Shown: positions 1 to 9,258, counted from the stretch's first letter. The stretch: 64,000 nucleotides of DNA from an uncultured Verrucomicrobiae bacterium (GCA_963801815.1 CAWDGJ010000003.1:736001-800000), one strand, 5' to 3'. The notes: generated by a model from the letters alone, not told the origin. Numbers and translations: made by a program.

Positions 1-52
1 TTTAAGCCGTTTAATCGTGTCGTCCAGTAATCACCTATTCCGGAGTGTCGAC

Positions 53-196
53 AAATCCCAAATTCCAGGCTCCAAATCCCAGGCAAATTTCAGAGGCTCC
101 AAAGTTCTAAGATGTCGCGGCCGCACACTTGTTTGGACATTTGAAATTTTGAATCTTAGCATTTGTTTGGAGCTTGGAACCTGGGACTTGGAATTT
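53..196. repeat. Heptamer-periodic imperfect inverted repeat element (copy 1)
   Basis: A-rich arm AAATCCC AAATTCC AGGCTCC AAATCCC and complementary T-rich arm TTGGAGC TTGGAAC CTGGGAC TTGGAAT TT. Confidence 0.75.
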
Positions 197-214
197 CCGA
201 TTGAAGCTTTGGCT

Positions 215-1801
215 TCAATCGGTTCTTCCTGCTTCGTGGACTTGGATGTAGCGGCGAAAGACTAGCAACCCGACCGGCGCCACCGAGGCAGCGAGCGCGA
301 AGATCAACCAAAGCATCTGCGGACGACATGCGCCGTGTTCGGGACAGAAGGCCGCAAGTATCCAGCCGCTGGTCCCGATCAGGAGTTTGCCAACCAGGAA
401 TGGAATGTAAGCAAGCGCGCCGTAGGAAGCTTCCTGGCCCGGTGGCGCAATCGCCGCAGCGTATTCATAAACGCGCGGCGAGTAGAACGCTTCGCCGACC
501 GAAAAGACCGCCAGGTAAAGCGCGGACATTATATAGTACGGATGAATAGACCCCGTAAGGCGCAGATAACCGTGGCCGAGCGCGTGCCCGAACAGGCTGT
601 TCGCCGCCGGAACGAACCAATCCGCCGGCAACGCCATGATGAAAACTGCCACCGAGCAGATGATGCTGCCGATGATGACCATCCGATACGACGCGACGCG
701 CTGGGTGAGAGCGCCGACAACCGGGGCGAGCACAATAATGAGAATTGCGTTGATGCCGGCCAGTTTGCCGACCGGTGCGTGTAATCCCATCTCGCGATCG
801 CCAAATTTCGGAAAGACATAATCCATTTGCAGGAAAATCGCTTTCAGGAACCCGATGAAGAGAAAGAACAACAGCAGCCGGTAAAATCCGGATTGGCCGA
901 CGAGCCGTTGAAACAGTGCCACCGTGTCACTCGCGCCTTGTCGCATTGTTTCCAGGATTCGACTCCAAAAATGCGCAAAGTTTGAGGGCTCGTCCGCAGT
1001 AGCCTCGGCGGAGGCGGATCGCCCGGTTAAATGCCGCTCCGCTAGCGATGTCGATTTGAGGCCGGCCCGTACGTCCGCGTCGCGTCTGAGAAAATAAATT
1101 GTCGGGAAAAGCAAGATCTCCAGCGCGAGACTCACGCCAAAAAGTTGTGCATGTGGTGTTGGCTGAAATCCTCCGATGCTAAGGTGGAGATCGAGCGAAC
1201 GAATTAAATCGAAAACATAACCAGCCACGAAGTAACCGACATTCATCAGCGCATAGATGATGGAAAACGCGATCGAACGTTGCGCGGTCGTAGAATAGAT
1301 TCGGGTTGCGGCCAGCAAAACCGGCGTGCCGAGCGCTTCGCCAACCGCGAGTGGCAGCAAACCGCAGACTAGCGCCAGCGTTGGACTCTGCGTCAGAATC
1401 ATGACGCTGCGCGCAAATGTGCAAATGCCGACGCCGAGGAAAAAAGTTCGTCGCAGCCCGATCGCGTCGGTGAGTGAGCCGGCTAGCAAAGTAAAAACAG
1501 TCATGGCCGGCGCCCAAACCCAGCCAACCAATGCGCCGGCGGCTTGATCGCTGAAGCCGAGGTCTTTTGACAACCAAAGCACCATCGTCTTGTTCGTGAT
1601 CGAGTAGGCGGTGTAGATCAGGAGCTTGATCAGGAACGTGAGCCAGAGTTCGCGCCGCGCGCTTTTGAGCACCGTGAACTTGGCGATGAATCCGCGAATC
1701 CCGTTCACCGGAATTGGCGGAACAATCTCTTCGGCAGGGACGGCTTGCTTCACTATCTCGGCCACAGGCGAGGATAATACTAGAAGTTCCGGGGAGCGCA
1801 C
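215..1801 (-). CDS. MFS transporter (POT/peptide-transporter-like)
   Basis: About 12 hydrophobic segments, MFS motif-A-like GSLTDAIGLRR, FSIIYALMNVG. The real start may be GTG 1765, 8 nt downstream of TATTAT. Confidence 0.8.
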   Translation of the reverse strand: MRSPELLVLSSPVAEIVKQAVPAEEIVPPIPVNGIRGFIAKFTVLKSARRELWLTFLIKLLIYTAYSITNKTMVLWLSKDLGFSDQAAGALVGWVWAPAMTVFTLLAGSLTDAIGLRRTFFLGVGICTFARSVMILTQSPTLALVCGLLPLAVGEALGTPVLLAATRIYSTTAQRSIAFSIIYALMNVGYFVAGYVFDLIRSLDLHLSIGGFQPTPHAQLFGVSLALEILLFPTIYFLRRDADVRAGLKSTSLAERHLTGRSASAEATADEPSNFAHFWSRILETMRQGASDTVALFQRLVGQSGFYRLLLFFLFIGFLKAIFLQMDYVFPKFGDREMGLHAPVGKLAGINAILIIVLAPVVGALTQRVASYRMVIIGSIICSVAVFIMALPADWFVPAANSLFGHALGHGYLRLTGSIHPYYIMSALYLAVFSVGEAFYSPRVYEYAAAIAPPGQEASYGALAYIPFLVGKLLIGTSGWILAAFCPEHGACRPQMLWLIFALAASVAPVGLLVFRRYIQVHEAGRTD

Positions 1802-1903
1802 GCCCCCGCGATCAGCGGTTTTTCAAGCGAGCATTCTCTGTTTCAACTGTACGGCCACTAAAATTGATTCGCTGTCGGTGCGCGACATGCTAATTGTCTC
1901 GGC

Positions 1904-4339
1904 GTGCTTTGGGCGAAAGAGGTTGGCCTTCGAACTTTCGTTTCATGTCTTTGGGTAATCGTGATCGGGCCCGCCGCTCTGGCGACCGACGTTCTAACCT
2001 GGCACAACGATCTCGCGCGAACGGGCGAGAATTTGAACGAAACAATTCTCACCCCGGCGAATGTTAATTCTAACCAGTTCGGCAAGCTCTTCCTTATTCC
2101 GGTAGATGGTCAGGTTTACGCGCAGCCGCTCTACGTCTCCAGTCTTTCCATTTCTGGGAAGGGCGTTCACAACGTGCTCTACATCGCGACTCAACACGAC
2201 ACCGTGTATGCCTGCGATGCCGACGACGGCGGAGTGCTCTGGCAGATTTCCCTTCTGAAGGCCGGCGAAACGCCTTCCGACTCTCGTAACTGTAGCCAGA
2301 TTACGCCCGAGATCGGCATAACCGCGACGCCGGTCATCGACCGAAATGCGGGCCCAAACGGAACAATCTACCTCACGCCGATGAGCAAGGACGCCTCGGC
2401 ACATTATCACCAGCGCTTGCATGCGCTCGACCTCGCTACGGGCGCGGAACGGCCCGGTAGTCCGATTGATGTGTCCGCGAGTTACCCTGGGAGCGGAGCC
2501 AACAGTAGCGGCGGCAATGTTTTTTTTGATCCGAAACAATATAAAGAGCGACCCGGCTTGGTGCTTTGGAATGGAATCATTTACACGACTTGGTCGTCAC
2601 ATTGCGATATCGACCCCTACACGAGCTTTATTATTGGTTATGACGAAACGACACTCGCGCAATCGCGCGTGATCGATCTTGTTCCCAACGGAAGCGAAGG
2701 ATCGATCTGGGCCGCCGGCGCCGCGCCAGCTGTCGATGCAGGCGGGAACATGTTTGCGCTTACCGGCAACGGAACGTTTGAAACGAGTTTGGATGCGAAT
2801 GGATTTCCCAATCAGGCCGATTTCGGGAACTGCTTTGTCAAAATTTCCACTGCGAACAACACGCTGCAGGTGACGGATTACTGGACGATGTTCAACACCA
2901 TCGCGGAATCGAATGTCGACGAAGATCTTGGCTCGGGTGGCGTGGTACTGCTTCCCGACCTGACGGATAGCAATGGTGTTACTCGTCATCTCGCGGTCGG
3001 CGCCGGGAAGGATAACCACATTTATATCGTGGACCGCGATAACATGGGCAAATTCAATCCCAACTCGAACGCGAACATCTATCAGGACTTGACCGGAGGG
3101 ACCGCCAGCGGCGAGTGGGGTACACCAGCCTACTTTAACAATACGCTTTATATCGGTGGCACGGGTGACCATTTGAAAGCATTTTCATTCAGTAGCGCCA
3201 GAATGGCGACAAGTCCGAGTTCCATTAGCAGTGTGGTGTTCTCTTATCCAGGAACCACGCCGAGCGTCTCGGCGAATGGAACGTTGAATGCGATTGTCTG
3301 GGCGGAAGCGTCGGGCTCTGGCGGGATGGCCGTCCTCCGAGCTTACAATGCGGCGAATCTCGCGACCGAACTCTACAATAGTACGCAGGCTGCGAATAAT
3401 CGCGACCAGTTCGGTAGCAGCGTTAAGTTTGTAACGCCGACGATTGTTAACGGTAAGGTGTATGTCGGCGCTGCAGACGGAGTAGGCGTTTTTGGTCTGC
3501 TGAGCTCACCAACGCCAACACCTACACCTACCGCAACACCGACCCCAACTCCAACCGCGACACCGACTCCGACTGCCACGCCGACCCCAACTACAACGCC
3601 CACCCCCACTGCGACTCCGACGCCAACCAGCGGCCCGGCAGTGATGCTTAGTCCGCCACCGGGATCGACGTTTGGTTCCTCCAGCGTGACCTTTAGCTGG
3701 AGTGCCGGTAGCGCCACTGCCTACGTCCTGCTAGTGGGCAGTTCTCTGCACGGTGCTGACATTTACAATTCTGGCATCGTCCACACTCTCTCGGCGACGG
3801 TAACCAAGATACCCACTGACGGGCGCACGATCTTCGTGACGTTAACGTCTCAGGTTAACGGCTCCTGGATCACGAACAATTACACGTATAAAGCGTCTGG
3901 CGGCGTCCCGACACCAACACCGACTCCGACTGCTACGCCGACACCGACCCCCACTGCTACTCCAACAGCCACTCCCACACCAACGTCGACGCCAACTCCA
4001 ACAGCTACGCCCACTGCAACTCCAACTCCAACACCTACAGCGACACCGACCCCTACACCAACCAGCGGCCCGGCAGTGATGCTTAGCCCGCCACCGGGAT
4101 CGACCTTTAGTTCTTCAAGCGTGACCTTCAACTGGAGCGCCGGTAGCGCCACTGCCTACGTCCTGCTGGTGGGCAGTTCTCTGCACGGCTCTGACATTTA
4201 CAATTCTGGCATCGTCCACACTCTCTCGGCGACGGTAAACAAGATGCCCACGGATGGGCGAACGATTTTCGTGACATTAACCTCTCAGGTTAACGGCTCC
4301 TGGATCACGAACACCTACACTTACAAAGCCTTTAAGTGA
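1904..4339 (+). CDS. Secreted PQQ-like beta-propeller protein with Pro/Thr linkers and two copies of a C-terminal beta-rich domain
   Basis: Signal-peptide-like N-terminus, DVLTWHNDLARTGENLNETILTP, VDGQVYAQPLYV, DEDLGSGG, TPTIVNGKVYVG, two PT tracts, duplicated ~90 aa domain. Confidence 0.75.
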   Translation: MLWAKEVGLRTFVSCLWVIVIGPAALATDVLTWHNDLARTGENLNETILTPANVNSNQFGKLFLIPVDGQVYAQPLYVSSLSISGKGVHNVLYIATQHDTVYACDADDGGVLWQISLLKAGETPSDSRNCSQITPEIGITATPVIDRNAGPNGTIYLTPMSKDASAHYHQRLHALDLATGAERPGSPIDVSASYPGSGANSSGGNVFFDPKQYKERPGLVLWNGIIYTTWSSHCDIDPYTSFIIGYDETTLAQSRVIDLVPNGSEGSIWAAGAAPAVDAGGNMFALTGNGTFETSLDANGFPNQADFGNCFVKISTANNTLQVTDYWTMFNTIAESNVDEDLGSGGVVLLPDLTDSNGVTRHLAVGAGKDNHIYIVDRDNMGKFNPNSNANIYQDLTGGTASGEWGTPAYFNNTLYIGGTGDHLKAFSFSSARMATSPSSISSVVFSYPGTTPSVSANGTLNAIVWAEASGSGGMAVLRAYNAANLATELYNSTQAANNRDQFGSSVKFVTPTIVNGKVYVGAADGVGVFGLLSSPTPTPTPTATPTPTPTATPTPTATPTPTTTPTPTATPTPTSGPAVMLSPPPGSTFGSSSVTFSWSAGSATAYVLLVGSSLHGADIYNSGIVHTLSATVTKIPTDGRTIFVTLTSQVNGSWITNNYTYKASGGVPTPTPTPTATPTPTPTATPTATPTPTSTPTPTATPTATPTPTPTATPTPTPTSGPAVMLSPPPGSTFSSSSVTFNWSAGSATAYVLLVGSSLHGSDIYNSGIVHTLSATVNKMPTDGRTIFVTLTSQVNGSWITNTYTYKAFK
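3623..4330 (+). repeat. Intragenic direct duplication (~273 bp, 3623-3895 and 4058-4330)
   Basis: Near-identical DNA copies 435 nt apart encoding SGPAVMLSPPPGST...SWITNxYTYKA. Confidence 0.9.
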
Positions 4340-4485
4340 TTCGCCTCGACCAATTCGTAACGAACCACAAACGATTACTAATTAATCTACGAAGCCAGCG
4401 GAATGGATGTTTGATGTAGCCACGGTGCTATGTCTTGGTTTATCTCTGTCTCGTTAGGCTGACGACAGAGTTCACGCAAACACAC

Positions 4486-4818
4486 ATGAAAAAATCGCTT
4501 CGATCCTCACGCGACGTTATTATTCAAACCAACGACTGGGCAAAAGCACTTGAATTTTACGAGAAGACCCTCGGATTCCCCATTTCTCATCGAAGTCCGG
4601 ATATTGTCGGTTTTGAGACCGGCGCGTTCTGCTTTTACGTCGAGAAGGGTAAGCGGCCCGGGCCAGTCTTCGATTTTCTCGTCGAGGACGCGCAGGGAAC
4701 CAGGGAGCGCCTACTCGCCGCTGGCTGCACGATTGTAGAAGAAAACCCCGCCGTTCCGCGGTGCTATATTCGTGATCCGTTCGGCCTTGTTTTTAACATC
4801 GAGCAAACTGGCGACTGA
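4486..4818 (+). CDS. VOC/glyoxalase family protein
   Basis: ALEFYEKTLGF and CYIRDPFGLVFNI motifs. ATG 4486 preferred over TTG 4435. Confidence 0.8.
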   Translation: MKKSLRSSRDVIIQTNDWAKALEFYEKTLGFPISHRSPDIVGFETGAFCFYVEKGKRPGPVFDFLVEDAQGTRERLLAAGCTIVEENPAVPRCYIRDPFGLVFNIEQTGD

Positions 4819-4857
4819 TTAAACTCCAATCAACCAGGACGAGGAACTCCATAAATC

Positions 4858-5169
4858 ATGAATAATGCCACCAAACGTTCGATTCTTCGCTTCATTCACC
4901 TTGTCGCTAGCATTCCGATACTCGGTTACATCTATGGGGCGCCTTCGGAAGTTTAACAGTACGTCAACGCCCCTCGGTATATCTTCGTTCCTGTAATGAT
5001 CCTTTCGGGATATTGGATGTAATCAAATGTATCCTTCGCTGTCATCGGCGTCGCCTTATGGCTCGGTGTATTTCGGCTTTCTGGATTTGGAGCAGCTCTT
5101 CTGAGTCAGATCATTTTGTTCGCCGCGTGGAAGATTTGGTTGGTAATTCGTGCGCGACAGTCAACGTGA
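4858..5169 (+). pseudogene. Pseudogene of a small membrane protein (two in-frame TAA)
   Basis: Single frame MNNATKRSILRFIHLVASIPILGYIYGAPSEV*QYVNAPRYIFVPVMILSGYWM*SNVSFAVIGVALWLG...RARQST*. Stops at 4954 and 5020, GAGGA upstream. Confidence 0.7.
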
Positions 5170-5200
5170 CAGGGTCTATCCGTGCAAGAATGCGAACAAT

Positions 5201-5767
5201 ATGAAGGGAAATAAGAAAGAGCTGTCTCCCAAACAACACCAAGAACTACTCAGAGCATTGAAAGCCCGTTTTGAGAAAAATACTAGCCGCCATAAAAGCC
5301 TCGAATGGGAAAAAGTAGAAGCCAGGCTGAAAGCTAATCCCGAAAAACTGCGGTCACTCAGTGAAATGGAAAGGTCCGGCGGCGAGCCGGATGTCGTTGG
5401 TCATGATAAAAAGACGGGCCAGCACATTTTTTTTGATTGTTCACCGCAAAGTCCCAGCGGCCGTACAAGTTTTTGTTATGACCGTGAAGCACTGGATTCT
5501 CGAAAAGAACACAAGCCGAAAAATAGCGTCATGGATATGGCAACGGCCATGGGCGTCGAGCTTTTAACGGAAGAACAATATCTGGAGCTGCAAAAGCTGG
5601 GCGAGTTCGATACGAAAACATCGAGCTGGGTGAAAACGCCTACTGATATCAGAAAACTTGGCGGGGCGCTCTATTGTGATCGCCGCTACGGGCGCGTCTT
5701 CGTCGGTTACAACGGCGCGCAATCATACTATAGCGGCCGAGGATTCCGTGCCTCGCTACGGGTCTAG
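5201..5767 (+). CDS. DUF4256 domain protein
   Basis: EMERSGGEPDVV, FDTKTSSWVKTP, GGALYCDRRYGRVFVGYNGAQSYYSGRGFR. Confidence 0.8.
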   Translation: MKGNKKELSPKQHQELLRALKARFEKNTSRHKSLEWEKVEARLKANPEKLRSLSEMERSGGEPDVVGHDKKTGQHIFFDCSPQSPSGRTSFCYDREALDSRKEHKPKNSVMDMATAMGVELLTEEQYLELQKLGEFDTKTSSWVKTPTDIRKLGGALYCDRRYGRVFVGYNGAQSYYSGRGFRASLRV

Positions 5768-5839
5768 ACGGAAAGGATGAGGAATAAAGGATGAAAGCAA
5801 AACTCCCTAGCGTTCGGGCGGGCTCAGCAGTTGTACCGG

Positions 5840-6733
5840 CTACAGCATCTCGATCACAAATTTCCGCGGGTCGAATGGCGCGAAGTTATCGATTTTTTCG
5901 CCGGTGCCGATGAATCGCGTCGGGATTTTCAATTCGTCCTGAATCGCGACGATGATTCCGCCTTTTCCGCTGCCGTCGAGTTTGGTCACGATTAAACCGG
6001 TCAGGCCGAGTGCTTGATGAAATTCGCGCGCCTGAGCGAACGCGTTTCCGCCGGTGGTCGCGTCGACCACGAGCAGAATTTCGTGGGGCGCGTCCGGATC
6101 TTTCTTCCCGATACTGCGTTTCACTTTCTGCAGCTCGGCCATGAGATTGGTTTTGGTGTGTAAACGACCGGCGGTGTCGCACAGCAAAAAATCGATTTTG
6201 TTTTTCGCGGCGGACTCGTAGGCGTCGTAACAAAGCGCCGCCGGGTCGGCGCCGTATTGCCCGCTGATCATTTCAGCACCGAGCCGCTTCGCCCAAATGC
6301 CGAGCTGTTCAATGGCCGCGGCGCGGAAAGTGTCGGCGGCCGCGAGAAGAATTCGATGCGGGCGATTGGGGGCAATCGCCCCTACCTGATGGCGGTTCGG
6401 CAAACCGCCGCTGCCCAGATAATGGGCGAGCTTCGCGGTCGATGTTGTTTTGCCGGTGCCGTTGACGCCGACAATAATGATCACAGTTGGCTTTCCGGCG
6501 ATGGGAACAATCGGTTTCGTTTCTGCCGGCAAGATTTTCGAGATTTCTTCACGCGTGACTTTGATTACGTCGCTGATTCCCAAAAGCGACCAGGCCTCGC
6601 GTTCCTGGAGTTTTTTCAGGATTCGCGTCGTGAGTGGAACGCCGAGATCGGCGCGAATCAGCGCGTGCTCAAGTTCGTCCCAATCGATCGGTTTGCCGGC
6701 GAACTGTTGGGCAAGCGAGTCGAGGAATTTCAT
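5840..6733 (-). CDS. ftsY: Signal recognition particle-docking protein FtsY
   Basis: GVNGTGKTTS, DTFRAAA, DTAGRLH, TKLDGSGKGG, GTGE motifs. Confidence 0.95.
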   Translation of the reverse strand: MKFLDSLAQQFAGKPIDWDELEHALIRADLGVPLTTRILKKLQEREAWSLLGISDVIKVTREEISKILPAETKPIVPIAGKPTVIIIVGVNGTGKTTSTAKLAHYLGSGGLPNRHQVGAIAPNRPHRILLAAADTFRAAAIEQLGIWAKRLGAEMISGQYGADPAALCYDAYESAAKNKIDFLLCDTAGRLHTKTNLMAELQKVKRSIGKKDPDAPHEILLVVDATTGGNAFAQAREFHQALGLTGLIVTKLDGSGKGGIIVAIQDELKIPTRFIGTGEKIDNFAPFDPRKFVIEML

Positions 6734-6777
6734 GGTGCACCTGTCGGCAGGAGTGGGATCGAGAGTCTTCGGAGACA

Positions 6778-6911
6778 GAAATTCGAAATTCGAATCTCGA
6801 ATGTCGAAACAAATTCGAATGACGAAATTCCAAACTCAAGGGAACACGGAGTCACCGGTTATTTTAGTTTTTTGAAATTGTGTCGGATTTCGGATTCCGA
6901 GCTTCGAATTT
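6778..6911. repeat. Heptamer-periodic imperfect inverted repeat element (copy 2)
   Basis: GAAATTC GAAATTC GAATCTC GAATGTC GAAACAA ... CGGATTT CGGATTC CGAGCTT CGAATTT between nusB and ftsY. Confidence 0.75.
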
Positions 6912-6961
6912 GTAAAAGAACTTTGCCTCGGAATGCCACGAAATCTCGCCGCCGACTGAGG

Positions 6962-7405
6962 TCAATCGCCTCCACCTCGCACAACAGGCTCGCGCGCGGG
7001 GCGATCCAGGTCTTTGCGAACGCGATCGAGGATGCCGTTCACGAAGGCGCCCGACTCGGCGCCTCCGAAAGTTTTGGCGAGCTCGATCGCTTCGTTGATC
7101 GAAACGACTGGCGGGATGTCGTCGCGGTGAAGCATTTCATAAATGGCGAGCCGCAGAACGTTTCGATCGACCACGGAGATGCGGTTGAGGTTGTAATTCT
7201 CGCAATACTTGCGAATGCGCTCGTCGATTTCGTCGAGGTGCTCCACCATTCCCTGGATCAACGGTTCGGCGAATTCGCGCACGTTCGGTTTGACGGGACA
7301 GAATTCCCAGAAGTCTTCGATGCGCTCGGGCGTTTCGCCGTGCTGAAGGTCGCGCCAAAAATGATATTGAATCGCCGCTTCCCGGGCGCGTCGCCGTTTT
7401 CCCAT
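6962..7405 (-). CDS. nusB: Transcription antitermination factor NusB
   Basis: RRRAREAA, DRNVLRLAIYE, INEAIELAKTFG, FVNGILD, adjacent to ribH. Confidence 0.95.
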   Translation of the reverse strand: MGKRRRAREAAIQYHFWRDLQHGETPERIEDFWEFCPVKPNVREFAEPLIQGMVEHLDEIDERIRKYCENYNLNRISVVDRNVLRLAIYEMLHRDDIPPVVSINEAIELAKTFGGAESGAFVNGILDRVRKDLDRPAREPVVRGGGD

Positions 7406-7410
7406 ACGAT

Positions 7411-7890
7411 TTATTTGGCTCGCAACTTCGACATTACGTTGGACATTTCGACCGCAGTCCGGGCCGCTTCAGTGCCGCGATTGATTTCATCTTCGAGACA
7501 ACGCGCGCGCGCCTGCCGTTCGTCGTCAAAGCTGAGAACGACGTTGATGACCGGGATGGTTTGAGCGACGGCGATGCCTTGCAGGGCGTTAGTCACCGAA
7601 CGGCTCAAGTTTTCGGCGTGATCGGTTTCGCCTTTAAGAATAACGCCAACGGCGATGATGGCGTCGCCGCGTTTTTGTGAAGCGATCTCGCGCACGACAA
7701 CGGGAATCTCAAAGGCGCCCGGGACTTGGAGCAAGGTAGTAGTGACGTTCGGAACCAGCACTCGCAATTCGGCGACGAGATGATCAACCAACCCCTGGAC
7801 GTAGGCTGCATTATATTGACTGGCCACGATTGTGAAATGCCGCTTGATCACGCCGACAGTGCGTGGGCGAGGGGATATCGCGTTCGACAT
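7411..7890 (-). CDS. ribH: 6,7-dimethyl-8-ribityllumazine synthase
   Basis: VPGAFEIP, AVGVILKGETDH, ribH-nusB synteny. Confidence 0.92.
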   Translation of the reverse strand: MSNAISPRPRTVGVIKRHFTIVASQYNAAYVQGLVDHLVAELRVLVPNVTTTLLQVPGAFEIPVVVREIASQKRGDAIIAVGVILKGETDHAENLSRSVTNALQGIAVAQTIPVINVVLSFDDERQARARCLEDEINRGTEAARTAVEMSNVMSKLRAK

Positions 7891-7959
7891 TGTCCTCTAT
7901 TGCTCTAACAAACCGGTCTCGGCAAGAGCCTCGATTCCCGATCTCGGCGCCCGGCTTCC

Positions 7960-8118
7960 CTAGGTGCACTCGCTTTGCTCGGCCCCTCCCGCCGTAGAGT
8001 TGGCTCCCGCCAACGCTTCGATTCCCGATCTCGGCGTCGAAACCGCAGCGCTCTTATGTTTCTGGCATCCGGTCAATGCGATGAGCAACGCAATTGCGAA
8101 TAGAGATTGTCGTTTCAT
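7960..8118 (-). CDS. Small putative lipoprotein (52 aa), possibly truncated
   Basis: MKRQSLFAIALLIALTGC lipobox, AAGGAG RBS, TAATG overlap with the VKOR stop. Confidence 0.5.
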   Translation of the reverse strand: MKRQSLFAIALLIALTGCQKHKSAAVSTPRSGIEALAGANSTAGGAEQSECT

Positions 8119-8591
8119 TAAGAACTCCTTTGAGTGAAAGACGGACGGGCAACGGTCAAGCCCGTAAGTAGAAAAACGAGCGAGGCGGAAAATAGACAAT
8201 AACGGCAGAATGCGTGCAGTCTAAAAGCCTGGACAAACAAGAGCCAGAGCGTGACCAGGAACATGGCGATCACGGTCCAGGTCAAGAACGTTCTGGCGCG
8301 CGCGTAGCTGAAAGCCGCAAAGGTGGCAAAGGTGAACACGCTGAAATAAGCGAGCGCGCCCAAACCCGAAACGGGAATGCCGCCGATTTTCGCGTAGGAA
8401 CTTCCGAGAACCTTGAAACAATCAGCCGATTCGCCGCATACCGCCGTTTCTCCGCTCAAGGAGATCACGGTGAGGTAACTGGCTTCCACAAGACCGGCCA
8501 GGGCAATCAACGCGGTCGCGCAATAAAAAATCACTTCCACTCGCGACCGCGATGGGAACGGTGTTGAATTTTCGTTTTTTTTTATCGGCAC
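8118..8591 (-). CDS. Vitamin K epoxide reductase (VKOR) family protein
   Basis: CGESADCFKVLGSSYAK loop cysteines, CRYC redox motif, next to DsbA. Confidence 0.9.
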   Translation of the reverse strand: MPIKKNENSTPFPSRSRVEVIFYCATALIALAGLVEASYLTVISLSGETAVCGESADCFKVLGSSYAKIGGIPVSGLGALAYFSVFTFATFAAFSYARARTFLTWTVIAMFLVTLWLLFVQAFRLHAFCRYCLFSASLVFLLTGLTVARPSFTQRSS

Positions 8592-8595
8592 GTAA

Positions 8596-9258
8596 TCAGG
8601 AGGTGGGCTTCGCGCTCTGCACTGTGGCTTCGACCGCTGCGGGAAATGTTTCCGGCTTTAACTGGTCCGACGGGACTGCCTGATTGTTCAGGAAAATCGT
8701 GGGAGTCGTTCTGACTCCGATGAACGCGCCTCGTTGCTGGTCCAGCTCGATTTGCTGTTGAACTTCGCTGCTATCCATGTCGCGTTTGAAACGGTCGAGG
8801 TCCAATCCGAGCATTCCTGCGTAGGCGCTGAAAAGGGTGCGAACATCGCCAGAATTACTCCAGACAGCCTGCTCCCGAAAAAGTAGGTCGTGCATTTCCC
8901 AGAAACGCCCCTGAAGGCCGGCGGCTTCCGCCGCGCTGGCAGCTTCGCGCGAGTGCGTGTGCATCGCCAACGGGAACTCCCTGAAAATCACGCGAAGATT
9001 GTACCGCTTCTGCAACTGATTGATTGGCTCGGAAAGCTTGCCGCAGGGTGGACACTGGAAGTCGCCATATTCCTCCAACGTCACGGATGCGTCGGCCGGT
9101 CCGAGCGCGTGCCCCGGTTCTTTTGTTTCCGCGCCGGCTTCTTTTGTAATTTTCAACGGTGGATTGGCGGCGCGCCTGGTGTGATAGAAATAAGCTCCGC
9201 CGCCAATCGCGATAGCGGCGACCAGAGCAACAATGATGAAAGGAGCGGACCGTTTCAT
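8596..9258 (-). CDS. DsbA-family thiol:disulfide oxidoreductase
   Basis: N-terminal TM anchor, EYGDFQCPPC, GVRTTPT cis-Pro loop. Confidence 0.9.
   Translation of the reverse strand: MKRSAPFIIVALVAAIAIGGGAYFYHTRRAANPPLKITKEAGAETKEPGHALGPADASVTLEEYGDFQCPPCGKLSEPINQLQKRYNLRVIFREFPLAMHTHSREAASAAEAAGLQGRFWEMHDLLFREQAVWSNSGDVRTLFSAYAGMLGLDLDRFKRDMDSSEVQQQIELDQQRGAFIGVRTTPTIFLNNQAVPSDQLKPETFPAAVEATVQSAKPTS

Noticed and set aside
17..265. 82 aa ORF, and similar short ORFs at 16131..16472 and 22614..22910
   Set aside because: Translations of periodic repeat elements, with no coding evidence.
3505..4062. Repetitive ACNCCN tracts as a possible CRISPR array or DNA-level repeat
   Set aside because: They encode Pro/Thr linkers with synonymous variation. 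There is no constant repeat-spacer structure and no cas genes.
4954..5022. TAA stop-codon reassignment to explain two in-frame stops
   Set aside because: TAA terminates many intact genes in the window (purA, queA, ku, zwf), so pseudogenisation is simpler.
6257..7564. 435 aa plus-strand ORF
   Set aside because: Antisense shadow of ftsY, nusB and ribH that reads through a heptamer repeat, with no recognisable motif.
8118..9258. VKOR-DsbA pair between riboflavin genes as a novel system
   Set aside because: VKOR plus DsbA is a well-known disulfide-formation pair, and adjacency alone is not evidence of a new link.
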